The notes: generated by a model from the sequence alone, not told the origin. A stretch of DNA of 64,000 nucleotides from Candidatus Saccharimonadota bacterium (GCA_026707815.1 JAPOWB010000008.1:62230-126229), one strand, 5' to 3'; numbered from the stretch's first letter, positions 19,636 through 30,558 are shown. A program made the numbers and translations.

Positions 19636-22356
19636 TCAACTCTTGGGCAAGTCTTCTTTAGAGGTTTTAGTGAAGTTTGGTGGGGGTGGATTGCCTGGAT
19701 TGTGTTGGGCTTGTCGCTTCAAATCGTGCAACTGCTTCAAGCGTTCATCTAAAAGCTGACCTTGTCGATTAGCCTGCTTCTGTAAAGCCTGCTTACGCTT
19801 TAGCCAGCCATCTATAAATTGTTGATTGTTAATATTTTGAGCTGGGGGTTTTGGGGACTTGTCTAGAGCGGGATTTAATCTAGGTGGCATTTTGGAGGGC
19901 GGAAATTCTGATCTAGGTAACTTACTAGGATCAACCTCAAGGCGTTTGAAAATTTCAGTTTCAACTTCATCTCTTGGGCGAGAATGTCTTTTTAAAACAT
20001 ACTCAGTAGCTTGATTAATCTGGTCTTGATTATAGTCAATTGCCGGAGGCAGAGTTGTCATATTAAACGGCGGGGTTGGACTGCCATCAACTAGAGTCCT
20101 GACCACTGTATGCCCCAAGGATAAAGCTGTTAAATCATCTATTTTAAAAGCTGGACTATAAAATTGTTTGGTCAAAGCTTCCGCATCCGAAGCACTAATT
20201 CGAAAACTTACAGCTGTGCCGACATTGCCGAAAACTGCCTCACGTATTTCTTCTTTCAGTTGAGAAGTATATTGATTGGCCACTACTAAAGCTAGACGAT
20301 ATTTCCGAGCTTGGGATAAAATATTCTCAAAGCTGTCGGTGGCGAAATTTTGAAACTCATCAACATACAGCGTAAAATTGGTTCTCTGATCTTCACTGAC
20401 ATCAGCTCGACTCATAGCTGCCATTTGAAATTTAGTCACAAAGAGCATACCCAAGAGTTTCATATTTAACTCCCCCGTCCGACCGAAGCTTAAATTAATA
20501 ATCATGATTTTACCGTCATCCATAATCTGTCTCAGATCAAAAGAACTTTTAGTCTGACCGATAATATTTCTCATCATGCTGTTAGAAAGAAAGGCGGAGA
20601 ATTTAGAAATGAACCAGCTTTTCATATCCCCGAATTCACTGGAACGAGAAGCATCCAAAATCTCTTTCTTCCAAAAATCAATTACTGTCTTATCTGTGAC
20701 ATGAAGTAGCTTTTGTTCGACGTAACTACGATCATTGAATAATTGGGGTATGTCAATAAAACTGCCCCCTTGAGGATCAGCCATGATTAATTTGGCAGCA
20801 TTGCGAAACATATGTTCATAGCGTGGTCCCATAATACCCTGGTGATGAGGATCATAGAGTTTATACAGCATGGCAATAGCTTCTTGAATAAGTAAATCCT
20901 GTTGATCAACAGTGTCAGCCTCAAAAATATTCAAGCCCAAGGGATAATCAATATTAGCTGGATTAAAATAAATAACATCGTCTAATCTTTCTTGAGGAAT
21001 TTGGCTGATAATCTTATCAGCTAATTCTCCGTGGGGATCAACAACAGCAAAGCCTTTACCAGCTTGAACATCTTGCAAAATTAAATTTTCCAAAAAAACT
21101 GATTTACCTGTTCCAGTTTGACCAACGACATACATATGCCTTTGTCTATCTTGATCGCTAAGATAAATTGGGCGTTTCTGATCACGAAAGATGTTATAAC
21201 CTAACAGTAAACCTTCTTGGGAAAAATTGCGGGGTCCATCAACTTGTTTGGATGTTTGGCGTTCTAATTGTGAGGTCGGAATATTGGCTTGATCAGGAAT
21301 ATGAAAAATAGTAGCTAATTCGGTAGTATTTAAAATATTTTTCTTAGCCGATTGGGGGAAAAGCCTTAAATTGAAATTGTTCATGAACTGCTGTCGATCA
21401 TTGGTTTTGACAATTTTAAAGCCATTACTGCTTGGATCATCCAACAGTGAAAAAGTGGCTATAATATTCTGATAAACATTCTCCGTCAATTGAGCATCAT
21501 GAGTTACAGCTAAAACTCTGATTAGAGTCTCAAATCCAGGTTGACTAATTTTTTCGCCAATAGCTTCGACTTTCGCTTTTTCTAAACTGCTTAATTCTTT
21601 AGGTTTATTATCTTTGGTCTCTTCAGGAGATTTAACAGCACTAATCAACAAATCCTTGGCTAAATTATTAGATTTCTTTTGCTCGGAGATATTTCGTGCT
21701 ATCTTCTCAGCAGTTTTAATCCAGCGTGGATCAGCCGGTCTTAATAAAAGCTGAATAACCGCTCCATCTGATTCTTGCAAATTAGCTAAAGAACCCAGCA
21801 AAGATTTCATGATATCTTGTCGGGTTTTCACATAAGTAGCAATTGGATAAGCAAAATGCTCCTTAAGAGCTAATTCTCCACCCCGGGCATTTTCTAAAGT
21901 TGCAGTCTCAGAAAAAATATTATATTCATCGACTTCTTCTATTTTAGCTTCCTTATAGGTTGATGAAACTGCATGCTTAATAACCTCCACTAATTGCAAG
22001 GGGGCAATAGCATAAAAATAGATTTGACCGGCTTGGAGAACAATCTCAAAACCAAAATGAGATTGCCCCAAATAATTGGTCTGAAAACTCTGCTTTTCGG
22101 CAGTTGAAGTCAGGATGTTGTACAGCACTGAAGCCTTTGAGACATTCTCTTCAACAACCGTACGAGAATCTTTGTTCTCTGAAGTAACATCATCACTAAT
22201 CGGAGGTAAATGAATCCTTAAAGGTATCATAGATAGACCCCTTTCTAGATTAATCTGCTGACGGCGTTTATATCTGATAATTAGAAAGAGAATTAGAATA
22301 ACGACTACCGCTAGGACAAATATGCCCACCACAATTCCTAGAGTCTTAAATACCAT
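19636..22356 (-). CDS. VirD4/TraD/HerA-like coupling ATPase with N-terminal TM helix
   Basis: GQTGTGKS, VVDPHGE, YVDEFQNF and LSQARKYRL motifs. Confidence 0.85.
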   Translation of the reverse strand: MVFKTLGIVVGIFVLAVVVILILFLIIRYKRRQQINLERGLSMIPLRIHLPPISDDVTSENKDSRTVVEENVSKASVLYNILTSTAEKQSFQTNYLGQSHFGFEIVLQAGQIYFYAIAPLQLVEVIKHAVSSTYKEAKIEEVDEYNIFSETATLENARGGELALKEHFAYPIATYVKTRQDIMKSLLGSLANLQESDGAVIQLLLRPADPRWIKTAEKIARNISEQKKSNNLAKDLLISAVKSPEETKDNKPKELSSLEKAKVEAIGEKISQPGFETLIRVLAVTHDAQLTENVYQNIIATFSLLDDPSSNGFKIVKTNDRQQFMNNFNLRLFPQSAKKNILNTTELATIFHIPDQANIPTSQLERQTSKQVDGPRNFSQEGLLLGYNIFRDQKRPIYLSDQDRQRHMYVVGQTGTGKSVFLENLILQDVQAGKGFAVVDPHGELADKIISQIPQERLDDVIYFNPANIDYPLGLNIFEADTVDQQDLLIQEAIAMLYKLYDPHHQGIMGPRYEHMFRNAAKLIMADPQGGSFIDIPQLFNDRSYVEQKLLHVTDKTVIDFWKKEILDASRSSEFGDMKSWFISKFSAFLSNSMMRNIIGQTKSSFDLRQIMDDGKIMIINLSFGRTGELNMKLLGMLFVTKFQMAAMSRADVSEDQRTNFTLYVDEFQNFATDSFENILSQARKYRLALVVANQYTSQLKEEIREAVFGNVGTAVSFRISASDAEALTKQFYSPAFKIDDLTALSLGHTVVRTLVDGSPTPPFNMTTLPPAIDYNQDQINQATEYVLKRHSRPRDEVETEIFKRLEVDPSKLPRSEFPPSKMPPRLNPALDKSPKPPAQNINNQQFIDGWLKRKQALQKQANRQGQLLDERLKQLHDLKRQAQHNPGNPPPPNFTKTSKEDLPKS

Positions 22357-22374
22357 ATATATCAGCTATTATAC

Positions 22375-22779
22375 TCAGAATCTAAGCATAAGGATTTGAA
22401 AAGCTTTCTTGAGCTGATTAAATTCCTGACGACTTTGATGGGGATTTGACTGATTGGCTTTAAAAACAGCCCCAATCTGCCGAGAATATTTTTGAATTAA
22501 TTCTTTACGAGATAATTGGGTTTGCCTAGCAATAATTTCCCGCCATCTCCCATCAATATCTTCACCCACCGATGCATCTTGATTAATAAGCTGAGACCGA
22601 CTTAAAGCTGTTTCAACAGAGGGAGATACAGATGGTTTAGTAACATTTACAGATTTTGGGGCTGAAGATCCGGCATGGATGCGAGAAACTCCCTCTTCAT
22701 GATATTGGGAATTCAGAACTGTCTCTCGACTCTGCGCTGGTGATACTTCTCTATTTACATCTTTCATACTACGATGCAA
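22375..22779 (-). CDS. Hypothetical protein
   Basis: Co-oriented ORF in an operon-like run; start uncertain. Confidence 0.55.
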   Translation of the reverse strand: MHRSMKDVNREVSPAQSRETVLNSQYHEEGVSRIHAGSSAPKSVNVTKPSVSPSVETALSRSQLINQDASVGEDIDGRWREIIARQTQLSRKELIQKYSRQIGAVFKANQSNPHQSRQEFNQLKKAFQILMLRF

Positions 22780-22791
22780 TTATACATTACT

Positions 22792-23175
22792 TCACCACTT
22801 ATTTGCATAAAACTTAATAACATATGCGAAGATGCAAAAATTCAAAAGCAAAATAATAATGATTGAATTAAAGCTTAGAAAATTGCCAGTATTAATTAAG
22901 AGTAACTGGGCAATAATCAAACTGCCTAAAATGGCTAGTTTATTGGCAGATACAGATGTCAGGAAAAATCGGCTGATAGCTTGGATGATTAGAAAGAATA
23001 AAAAGGTTATAACGCTGAAAACAATTAGAATCACTAGTGGATCTAGTGAACCATCTTCCATATAGGGTGAAAATCTAGTCATATATGTATATAAAAAGAA
23101 AATTAACCCTGCAACTAGAATCCATTTTAAGAATGACTGCCGCAAATAATCTAAAAACTGCTTTTTAAAAGACAT
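22792..23175 (-). CDS. Hypothetical membrane protein (about 4 TM)
   Basis: Four hydrophobic segments. Confidence 0.65.
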   Translation of the reverse strand: MSFKKQFLDYLRQSFLKWILVAGLIFFLYTYMTRFSPYMEDGSLDPLVILIVFSVITFLFFLIIQAISRFFLTSVSANKLAILGSLIIAQLLLINTGNFLSFNSIIIILLLNFCIFAYVIKFYANKW

Positions 23176-23710
23176 AAAAGTGAGTATCTGAAATTTATTT
23201 ATTCTATTTTAGCAAGTTTTCTAAAAATAATTGAGATAAATTGCCTATCTTATAGAATCAGCTTCTATCATAAAATCGCCTTTGTAATTTTTGGAGTCAA
23301 AATGTTGTTATACAAACAACTAAAAGATAAGAAGTCTCCAAAATTTAGGATTTGCAATACTCAAATCTTCGTTAAGCTGAATGAAAAAATGATATATGCT
23401 GCAATTCCTTAGTGATTTCAAGAATCTAGGCAATATATCAGTTTAAACTGTAGAATTTTGATTTTTTAAAGCTAGTTATAAGCTCTGCTACCTAAAATTC
23501 AGTTATCTATCTTAGGCAGTCTAGGATGTTGGGTTGGAATATTCAACATAGGCAGATTTGGTCAAAACCGGACTAAATTTAAAGATTTTGGATTGACTGA
23601 AAATGTGCATTAGATTACCAAATTGATTGGAAAATAACAGAAATGATGACATGAAAATATAAATCAAAATGCTGACTAATTTTTGGGGCAAAATATTGGT
23701 TTTCCACATA

Positions 23711-23739
23711 TTGACAATTAAACTTAAGAGTATTAAACT
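23711..23739 (+). promoter_or_regulatory. Sigma70 promoter upstream of the infC operon
   Basis: TTGACA, 17 nt, TAAACT. Confidence 0.6.
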
Positions 23740-23929
23740 GAAGCTAGTACTTGACTAAAAAAGGTACTCAAAAATAAAAATATCAATATGAAAAACAACG
23801 GCTTCTCGCAGGTCGTTGTTTCTATTTTATAGAGAATGCAAAGCACCTCTGTAATCTGAGAAAAAGATTGAAGCCTAACAGATAACTTGTTACAATAAAA
23901 TATATACATGAAATCTAAGGAGTTTACAG

Positions 23930-24445
23930 ATTAGAAAAAAACCTCCCATTAATGAAGCAATTATTGCCAAAGAATTGCGGGTGATTGATGAAAATGGTCA
24001 ATCATTTGGCATAGTTTCTAAAAATGAAGCTTTAAAAATGGCAAAAGAATCTGAAGCTGATTTAGTTATAGTTTCCCCCCAATCTAATCCACCAGTAGCT
24101 AAAATTATTGATTGGGGTAAATATACTTATCAAAATAAAAAGAAGAAACAGAAGAATCTGAAAGCAAACAATAATAGATCCAGTGATTTGAAGCAAATGA
24201 GATTTGGCATGAAGATTAGTGAAAATGATTTGGATGTTAAGTTGCGAAAAGTCAGTAAGTTTTTAGAGGAGGGCAGTAAAGTGAAGCTCTTTGTTGTTTT
24301 AAGGGGGCGAGAATTAGAATATAAAGATTTGGGCTTTGAATTGGCTCAAAAACTTATTGCTAAATTAGAAGGTATTGGTATAGTTGAACAGGAGCCTAGA
24401 TTCAGTGGGCGACAGATTAATATGCTAATTAGAAGTGCAAAATAA
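23930..24445 (+). CDS. infC: Translation initiation factor IF-3 (ATT start)
   Basis: INEAI...LRVIDENG...PPVAKIIDWGKY. In-frame ATT at 23930 lies 7 nt after AAGGAG. Confidence 0.95.
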   Translation: MRKKPPINEAIIAKELRVIDENGQSFGIVSKNEALKMAKESEADLVIVSPQSNPPVAKIIDWGKYTYQNKKKKQKNLKANNNRSSDLKQMRFGMKISENDLDVKLRKVSKFLEEGSKVKLFVVLRGRELEYKDLGFELAQKLIAKLEGIGIVEQEPRFSGRQINMLIRSAK

Positions 24446-24630
24446 TGCCCAAGCAAAAAACTCACCAAGGTGTCAAAGCTAGATTTAAAATAACTCGCAA
24501 TAAGCGAGTCTTAGCCCGTAAATCCCATGCTAATCATAATTTATCTAAGAAAAAACCAGCCCGGAAAAGAACCTTTCAAATCCCTAAAGTTATTACCGGT
24601 AAAATAAGTAAGCAAATTAAAGAAAATTAA
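24445..24630 (+). CDS. rpmI: 50S ribosomal protein L35
   Basis: MPKQKTHQGVKARFKIT; infC-rpmI-rplT order. Confidence 0.95.
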   Translation: MPKQKTHQGVKARFKITRNKRVLARKSHANHNLSKKKPARKRTFQIPKVITGKISKQIKEN

Positions 24631-24633
24631 ACT

Positions 24634-24981
24634 ATGCGCACAAAACGAAGTGTAACCGCTCGGAAAAGACATAAAAAAGTTCTCAAAGCCACAAAAGGCA
24701 TGCAGAAAATCCATCGCAGCAGTTATCGTCTGGGTAAACAAGCTCTGATTAAAGCTTTGAGATATGCTTACCGAGATCGCAGAACTCGAAAACGTTCAAT
24801 GCGACAATTATGGATTATTCGAATCAACGCAGCTTGCCGACAATATAATCTAACATACTCACAATTAATTCCTCAATTAGAAAAAACCAAGATAGAACTA
24901 GACCGCAAATCTTTGGCTTATTTAGCTACTCAAGAACAACAAGCTTTTGAAACAGTTATCAAGAATCTAGATAATATTTAA
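24634..24981 (+). CDS. rplT: 50S ribosomal protein L20
   Basis: YAYRDRR...LWIIRINAACR...LDRKSLA. Confidence 0.97.
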   Translation: MRTKRSVTARKRHKKVLKATKGMQKIHRSSYRLGKQALIKALRYAYRDRRTRKRSMRQLWIIRINAACRQYNLTYSQLIPQLEKTKIELDRKSLAYLATQEQQAFETVIKNLDNI

Positions 24982-24991
24982 GAAAAACGGG

Positions 24992-25399
24992 GTGAACAAT
25001 ATGCAATCACCATTAAAGTTGGTTGAATTAATTGAGAAAGCCCCTTGGAGGGAGGCAGTTACTTTCAGAAAGACATTTCCCCATGAGTATGTTTTTTTAA
25101 TCAAGAATAAACAGGCGGAATTGTATTTAGAAATCTGCAAGAGAATGTGCGATGGCGAAGCTATTGAGGGGCAATTTTTTAGAAATAAAATGACCTATCT
25201 TTTCATTGGAGAATACAAATATTGGTTTATGGTTCCCTGCCATCAGATTCCAATTATGAATCCTGACCAAGACTATGTTCTCAATAGGTGTCCGCTTACC
25301 AGAACCCGTTATGACTTCATAATAGATGGTAAAAAGGAAGTTGTAATGACTGAAAAACAGCGTAAAGAATATTATAATAAAGTTGATTACACAGAATAA
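24992..25399 (+). CDS. Hypothetical protein
   Basis: WREAVTF...PHEY...YLFIGEYKYWFM. Family not named with confidence. Confidence 0.6.
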   Translation: MNNMQSPLKLVELIEKAPWREAVTFRKTFPHEYVFLIKNKQAELYLEICKRMCDGEAIEGQFFRNKMTYLFIGEYKYWFMVPCHQIPIMNPDQDYVLNRCPLTRTRYDFIIDGKKEVVMTEKQRKEYYNKVDYTE

Positions 25400-25400
25400 A

Positions 25401-25742
25401 AAGCTAGATAGCCGATAAGCCGGGTTTTGTCGTGATCAATCATTTATCTAGGACAATGATTACTCATTACCTCTAGCGGTTCACGTAGTTTATTTAGCGA
25501 GCAACTATTTATAAACTACCCCCTTGCTACAGATAGGGTTTACCTGCTTTTATTTGTCGCCAAATAAAATTGTAAGCTCTTACCTCACTCGTTTCACCCT
25601 TGCTTAAATTCAAATTAAGCGGTACACGTTTCTGTGGCACTTTCCCTAAGGTCGCCCTCGGTTGCCGTTAGCAACTATCCTGCTCTATGTAGCCCGGACT
25701 TTCCTCCAGTTTAAAACTGGCGATTGACTAGCTATCTAGCTT
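25401..25742 (-). ncRNA. rnpB: RNase P RNA
   Basis: Minus strand has GAGGAAAGTCCGGGCT and ACAAAACCCGGCTTA, with complementary P1 ends AAGCTAGATAGC/GCTATCTAGCTT. Confidence 0.95.
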
Positions 25743-25786
25743 AGTTATTTTAACAATTGAAACAAAAAACTCCAAAATAACCCTCC

Positions 25787-26401
25787 CTACAAATTTTGAT
25801 TCAAAATTTGATTGACTATAGCATCAGCTTTTTGGTTGTATTTGCGAGGAATAAAAGTAATGCTATAGGTTTGCAATTGAGCTAAATAATCAACAACCTC
25901 TTGATAAATCAAACTTAAATCTGGATTGCGAACCTTGTATTGCCCTTGAATCTGCTTGACAATCAACTGACTATCCATAAAAATTTGCAAAGATTCAATT
26001 TGTTTATTCAAAGCTAATTTAACGCCTTGGAGTAAGCCTTGATATTCAGCTTGATTATTAGTGCAATATTTATAAAAAGTTCCTCCAGAATCTAAAACTT
26101 GATCATTTTTATCCAATAAAATGAAACCACAAGCTCCTGGACCTGGATTACCTCTTGAGCCACCATCACAAAATAATTTTGCGGAATCAATGGAGAAATC
26201 CTGATTAAAATATGCCTCAATAATGGGGATTAATAATCTGCCGCCAGTTTGAGTTTCAAGCTCAACTTGATGGTCTTTAAAGTAAATTTTCAAATCCTTA
26301 ATCTCAACTGATGATAGTTTTTGACTGAGATAATTTATGAAATCCCAAGCAGTCTGCCGGTTAGTAAATTCTTTTTTAAATTTATAGCTACCCAAAGACA
26401 T
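25787..26401 (-). CDS. rnhA: Ribonuclease HI family protein with N-terminal extension
   Basis: FCDGGSRGNPGP, TNNQAEY, MDSQLIV and NQKADAI motifs. Confidence 0.88.
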   Translation of the reverse strand: MSLGSYKFKKEFTNRQTAWDFINYLSQKLSSVEIKDLKIYFKDHQVELETQTGGRLLIPIIEAYFNQDFSIDSAKLFCDGGSRGNPGPGACGFILLDKNDQVLDSGGTFYKYCTNNQAEYQGLLQGVKLALNKQIESLQIFMDSQLIVKQIQGQYKVRNPDLSLIYQEVVDYLAQLQTYSITFIPRKYNQKADAIVNQILNQNL

Positions 26402-26520
26402 AATCCTAAAGATTTATTCTATGTAATTACTGCCAAACAACCTTCAACTGTAATTCTGATTTCCTCAAGACTCATTTAAGATATAATAAACGGATACTTA
26501 TGTATGACAAGATTAATTAT

Positions 26521-26597
26521 CGGGATGTGGCGCAGTTGGCTAGCGCGTACGGCTGGGGGCCGTGAGGTCGCAGGTTCAAGTCCTGTCATCCCGACCA
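26521..26597 (+). tRNA. tRNA-Pro(GGG)
   Basis: Cloverleaf; anticodon arm TACGG-CTGGGGG-CCGTG; GTTCAAG; CCA end. Confidence 0.96.
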
Positions 26598-26867
26598 TTT
26601 AATTAATTCATCTAAAAAACATAATAAAACTAGCGATGACTTTGAGTTATATCTGTTCGAAAAACCCAAGGTGGTAATTCTCATATTAGTTCTTCAACTA
26701 ATGAATATTGAATCCCATAACTATTATTTAGCAGATTAATCATAGTTTCACCGCTAGTATCTCTATTATACCAGTAATTCAATTTGTATTGACTGTCAAA
26801 TTTTTACAATTAACCTGAGATTTGCTAAAATATTGCAGAATCTAATATTAATAAGAGTATAAAAGAT

Positions 26868-27101
26868 ATGAGAAAATGTGACTTAAGTGGTAAAGGTAAG
26901 CAACACGGACATAACGTTAGCTTTTCCTTGAGACGTACCCCAAAGATTTGGAAACCTAATCTACATAAGAAAACTCTCTTCATTAATGGGCAAAAAGTAC
27001 GACTCAAGATCAGTACCCATGCTTTGAGAACATTGAAAAAGAAAAATCTGCTTGACCAACCGCCCAAAAAATATGTCACTAAGCGAAAATCTTCAGACTA
27101 A
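26868..27101 (+). CDS. rpmB: 50S ribosomal protein L28
   Basis: MRKCDLSGKGKQHGHNVSFS...WKPNL. Confidence 0.95.
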   Translation: MRKCDLSGKGKQHGHNVSFSLRRTPKIWKPNLHKKTLFINGQKVRLKISTHALRTLKKKNLLDQPPKKYVTKRKSSD

Positions 27102-27702
27102 GAGTTTCAGATAACTCATTTCTGTTAATTTTAAAAGTGCCACTTATAGAATCAGAATCAATGGCTAGCTGTTTGACGAATTCTTTATAATCTTGTTGCG
27201 AAACTTCATATTGAAGCTTCGAATTATGGTAGTGGGTTGGAATCACGATTTTGGGATTAATGTTTTTGGTTAATTGCAAAGCTCCAGTAGCATCTAAAGT
27301 ATAACCATTATTGCCCACCGGAATGAGTAGGATATCAATAATGCCTAGTCGTTCTAGTTGATTATCTCTTAAATTCGCCTGAATATGTCCAACTACAGCG
27401 ACTGATAAATTTTCGGCTTCTATTCTATAAATAGTATTCCTCAGAATTCCAGTCTCATCCATATAGCTTTGGGCTTCAATTCCGTTAATAAAAACCTCAC
27501 CAACTTCATAACTACCAGGACTATCTAGAAGCAGTTTATACTTGTCGGGAAATTCAAATAAGTGGTTAGCCGTCAGACATAAAACATCATCAGAAGTAGT
27601 GACAGGTTTAGCGCCCAACTGCTTCAAATTATCATCAAAAATTAAGTTAGTAGAACCAACTTTAATTTTTAGACAGTTGGCGCCAAAAAAACTAATCTGC
27701 AT
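27079..27702 (-). CDS. Metallo-beta-lactamase-fold hydrolase (Lactamase_B_3-like, degenerate)
   Basis: DSPGSYEV, IDILLIPVG and PKIVIPTHY motifs. Confidence 0.8.
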   Translation of the reverse strand: MQISFFGANCLKIKVGSTNLIFDDNLKQLGAKPVTTSDDVLCLTANHLFEFPDKYKLLLDSPGSYEVGEVFINGIEAQSYMDETGILRNTIYRIEAENLSVAVVGHIQANLRDNQLERLGIIDILLIPVGNNGYTLDATGALQLTKNINPKIVIPTHYHNSKLQYEVSQQDYKEFVKQLAIDSDSISGTFKINRNELSETLSLKIFA

Positions 27703-28336
27703 TTTTTAAAATGCTATGTTTGTCAACCTTGACAACCAATTTACTGCTCAACATTGTAGCAGTAAATCTATCCTTAATTTTTAGTCGATAATGAAATTCT
27801 TCTTCATTCATGACCAAGTACCTAATTTCGCCATCAATGGAGGCTTCTAAGTTATCTACGTAAGTTTTCAGGCTGCTTGGCGTAACATTACCAACAATTA
27901 GAACATCAGCCGGCGCCCGGGCATCAAGAGTAAAAATACCACCCAAAACAACTAGTGAAACATTACCCAAAGCTTTTTCTTGAGCAGGCAGTTTTGGAGT
28001 CGGAGTTTTAACTACTGCTTCACTTTTTGTAGTCGCTTTACTGTCTTTAGTTTTAGTCACGCCTCCACCGACGACTTTAGTTACACTATTGAATAAATTA
28101 AATAAATCTTTGTACTTATCAAACTTCTGATTAACCTCATAATACAACTTATTATTAGCACTGTCAGAAGTGATAACACCTATAGATAGCAAATTAGACA
28201 GTTCTCGGCGAACAGAATTAATTTGTTCATTAATCTTGCGAGTGATTTCTCGCACATAAAAAGACTGATTTGGATTTGATAAAAACAGTCTTAAAAGCTT
28301 ATAACGAGTTTTGGAGCCAAATAAATTTTCAATCAT
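27692..28336 (-). CDS. Winged-helix transcriptional regulator-like protein
   Basis: LFGSKTRYKLLRLF...FYVREITRKINEQINSVRREL. Confidence 0.8.
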   Translation of the reverse strand: MIENLFGSKTRYKLLRLFLSNPNQSFYVREITRKINEQINSVRRELSNLLSIGVITSDSANNKLYYEVNQKFDKYKDLFNLFNSVTKVVGGGVTKTKDSKATTKSEAVVKTPTPKLPAQEKALGNVSLVVLGGIFTLDARAPADVLIVGNVTPSSLKTYVDNLEASIDGEIRYLVMNEEEFHYRLKIKDRFTATMLSSKLVVKVDKHSILKNAD

Positions 28337-28394
28337 TACTTTAATAAAAGTTTAACATAATTCTGAAAATTACAACTATATTTTTTGAGAAAAA

Positions 28395-29351
28395 TTAATT
28401 TCTGAAATCAAAATAAATGACTTTATCTGAATTTTTTCTTTTAAATTTAACCAAATCTTCAGCGGGAATTAATTTGTGATTTTTGGGTGAACATAAAGTA
28501 TTCAAAAAATTAGCTGATTCCTCTTTGGTTATTAGAGTATCTAAATCTCCAGCAGATTTCTGTAAAACATACCAATTACTAGAACTTAAAGGCAATACAG
28601 CACTTAGAATCTGTAGAGCATATTCAAATGGGTAGCTGATTTTATGAAATCTTCTGGCTAACTTAAAACTTCTAAGCCAAGAAGCTGAGCGTTTGTGGAT
28701 AATCCTAAATTTGTGTTCAATTATCAATCGCTCCAAATAATTCGCTTTATAATTACGGATTAAAGTAAAATTATCATCTTTTTTTTCTAATCCCAACTTC
28801 AAATCAAGCCAATCTTTCCGCCAAACTTTAAAATTGAAAGTTAGCAAAGATTTTAAAAATAGACCAAGATGATTCTTATTTGAGGCTTGAAAAATAAATA
28901 AGCTGTTGGGTTTTAGAACTCGGAAAGTTTCTTTGAAAAATTGGCTTGGATCTTCAAGATGATGAATTAATCTAATAGAAATTAGGGATGTCTGCGAATT
29001 ATTAATAAAGGGTAAATTATAGGCATCAGCTGCAATTAGGTGTAGTTTTATGTTTTCTTTTTTAGCTGATTGCTTAGCAAGATGAAAACCATTATCAGCA
29101 TAATCTAAAATAGCAACCTCTCCAAAAGTAGTGGCGTAGAGAGGTAAAAATCGTCCAAAATTCCCACCAATATCAACTAGACATTTTGATTTATCGAATT
29201 TTGGAAAATATTTTTTAAAGTATTTTTTTAAAAGCAACGTCTCTGCCCGTTGGTCATAATTTCTGTCATCCCAAAAATGAGAATAGACTTCTTCAGCTTG
29301 CTGGACGTTGTAATCAACCACTCGAGGTTGAGTATTTGATTTCTTAGACAT
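28395..29351 (-). CDS. Class I SAM-dependent methyltransferase
   Basis: VDIGGNFGR, ADAYNLPF and RVLKP motifs. Confidence 0.85.
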   Translation of the reverse strand: MSKKSNTQPRVVDYNVQQAEEVYSHFWDDRNYDQRAETLLLKKYFKKYFPKFDKSKCLVDIGGNFGRFLPLYATTFGEVAILDYADNGFHLAKQSAKKENIKLHLIAADAYNLPFINNSQTSLISIRLIHHLEDPSQFFKETFRVLKPNSLFIFQASNKNHLGLFLKSLLTFNFKVWRKDWLDLKLGLEKKDDNFTLIRNYKANYLERLIIEHKFRIIHKRSASWLRSFKLARRFHKISYPFEYALQILSAVLPLSSSNWYVLQKSAGDLDTLITKEESANFLNTLCSPKNHKLIPAEDLVKFKRKNSDKVIYFDFRN

Positions 29352-29353
29352 TT

Positions 29354-30220
29354 TTACTTCTTAATATTCAATTGACGAACAATATAATTATAAGCTAAAT
29401 CAGAGGATTCAAACCATGAAATATCTGGATAACGCTTAAACCAAGTCCATTGTTTTTTTGCCAAAGCCAAATCACGTCGAATGAAGTCTGAACATGCTTC
29501 TTGAAAAGTTATCTTTTGCTCAAAATAAGGTTTGAAAGCTCTATAAATATTGCTTGTTAAAACTTCTGGCTGGACTGCTGGCATTTGCAAAACTCTTCGA
29601 ATCTCTTCCAAAACTCCCTGATTGAGCATTTCTGTTAAACGTAGTTGGATTCTCTGACTTAAAACTTCTCGATTTAAATGCAATCCAATAATTAATGTAT
29701 TGGCTCTACGATTTAGGCTGGTTTGTTGGACTTGCCCTCTTTCTAGAGTCCGAAGAAGATATCTACGATTCTGATTATTTTCAGGCATGGTCAAATTCAG
29801 TTTTTGAATTCTCTGTTGGAGTTGCGGGGTTGTGAGTTGATTTAAGGCTTGTCTATCTTGTTCGAAAACTTCCCTGCCTTCAAATTTATAGTCATTTAAA
29901 ATGCTATCCATATAAAGACCTGATCCACCGACTAAAATGGGCAATTTCGATTGACCATGAATCTGTTGAATAGCTCGAGATGCCAAGGTCTGAAATTGAT
30001 AAACATTGAATGTCTCATTCGGCTCAACAACATCAATTAAATGATGCTTAACTAATTTTTGATCAGATTTTGAAGGCTTGGCTGTACCTATATCTAAGGT
30101 TTTATAAATTGTTTTCGAATCTCCAGTAATAATTTCTGAGGGAATACTTTGAGCCACCCTTAAAGACAAAGCTGTTTTGCCAGTGGCGGTTTGACCGACA
30201 ATTGCCAATAAATCTATCAC
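29354..30220 (-). CDS. miaA: tRNA dimethylallyltransferase
   Basis: GQTATGKT, DIGTAKP, VGGSGLY and AKKQWTWF motifs. Confidence 0.96.
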   Translation of the reverse strand: MIDLLAIVGQTATGKTALSLRVAQSIPSEIITGDSKTIYKTLDIGTAKPSKSDQKLVKHHLIDVVEPNETFNVYQFQTLASRAIQQIHGQSKLPILVGGSGLYMDSILNDYKFEGREVFEQDRQALNQLTTPQLQQRIQKLNLTMPENNQNRRYLLRTLERGQVQQTSLNRRANTLIIGLHLNREVLSQRIQLRLTEMLNQGVLEEIRRVLQMPAVQPEVLTSNIYRAFKPYFEQKITFQEACSDFIRRDLALAKKQWTWFKRYPDISWFESSDLAYNYIVRQLNIKK

Positions 30221-30225
30221 GTTAA

Positions 30226-30558
30226 TCAGAGACTATTCCAGAAATATACTGATATGATTAATCCAAAAATTATGAGAACTAAACCACTGAGAACAATAAA
30301 ATAAATAGAGATAGTAGCTTTTTGAGGTTCTTTTTTATTTAAAAATTCAATAAATTTAGCTCGAATTTTGAGATCATACTTCAATTCCAATTGACCCAAA
30401 AAACTAGCAGGCTTTTTAGATAGTGATCTATGAGGAATTGTTCGATTCTTCATATAAATTTCTATCCATTCCTTGGCATTAAATAACCAATGGACTAGGT
30501 AAGTCCCTATTAAAATCAATATGATAACTCCGACAACAATTAAAACTCGCCAAACCAT
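30226..30558 (-). CDS. Hypothetical membrane protein
   Basis: Two TM segments. Confidence 0.6.
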   Translation of the reverse strand: MVWRVLIVVGVIILILIGTYLVHWLFNAKEWIEIYMKNRTIPHRSLSKKPASFLGQLELKYDLKIRAKFIEFLNKKEPQKATISIYFIVLSGLVLIIFGLIISVYFWNSL

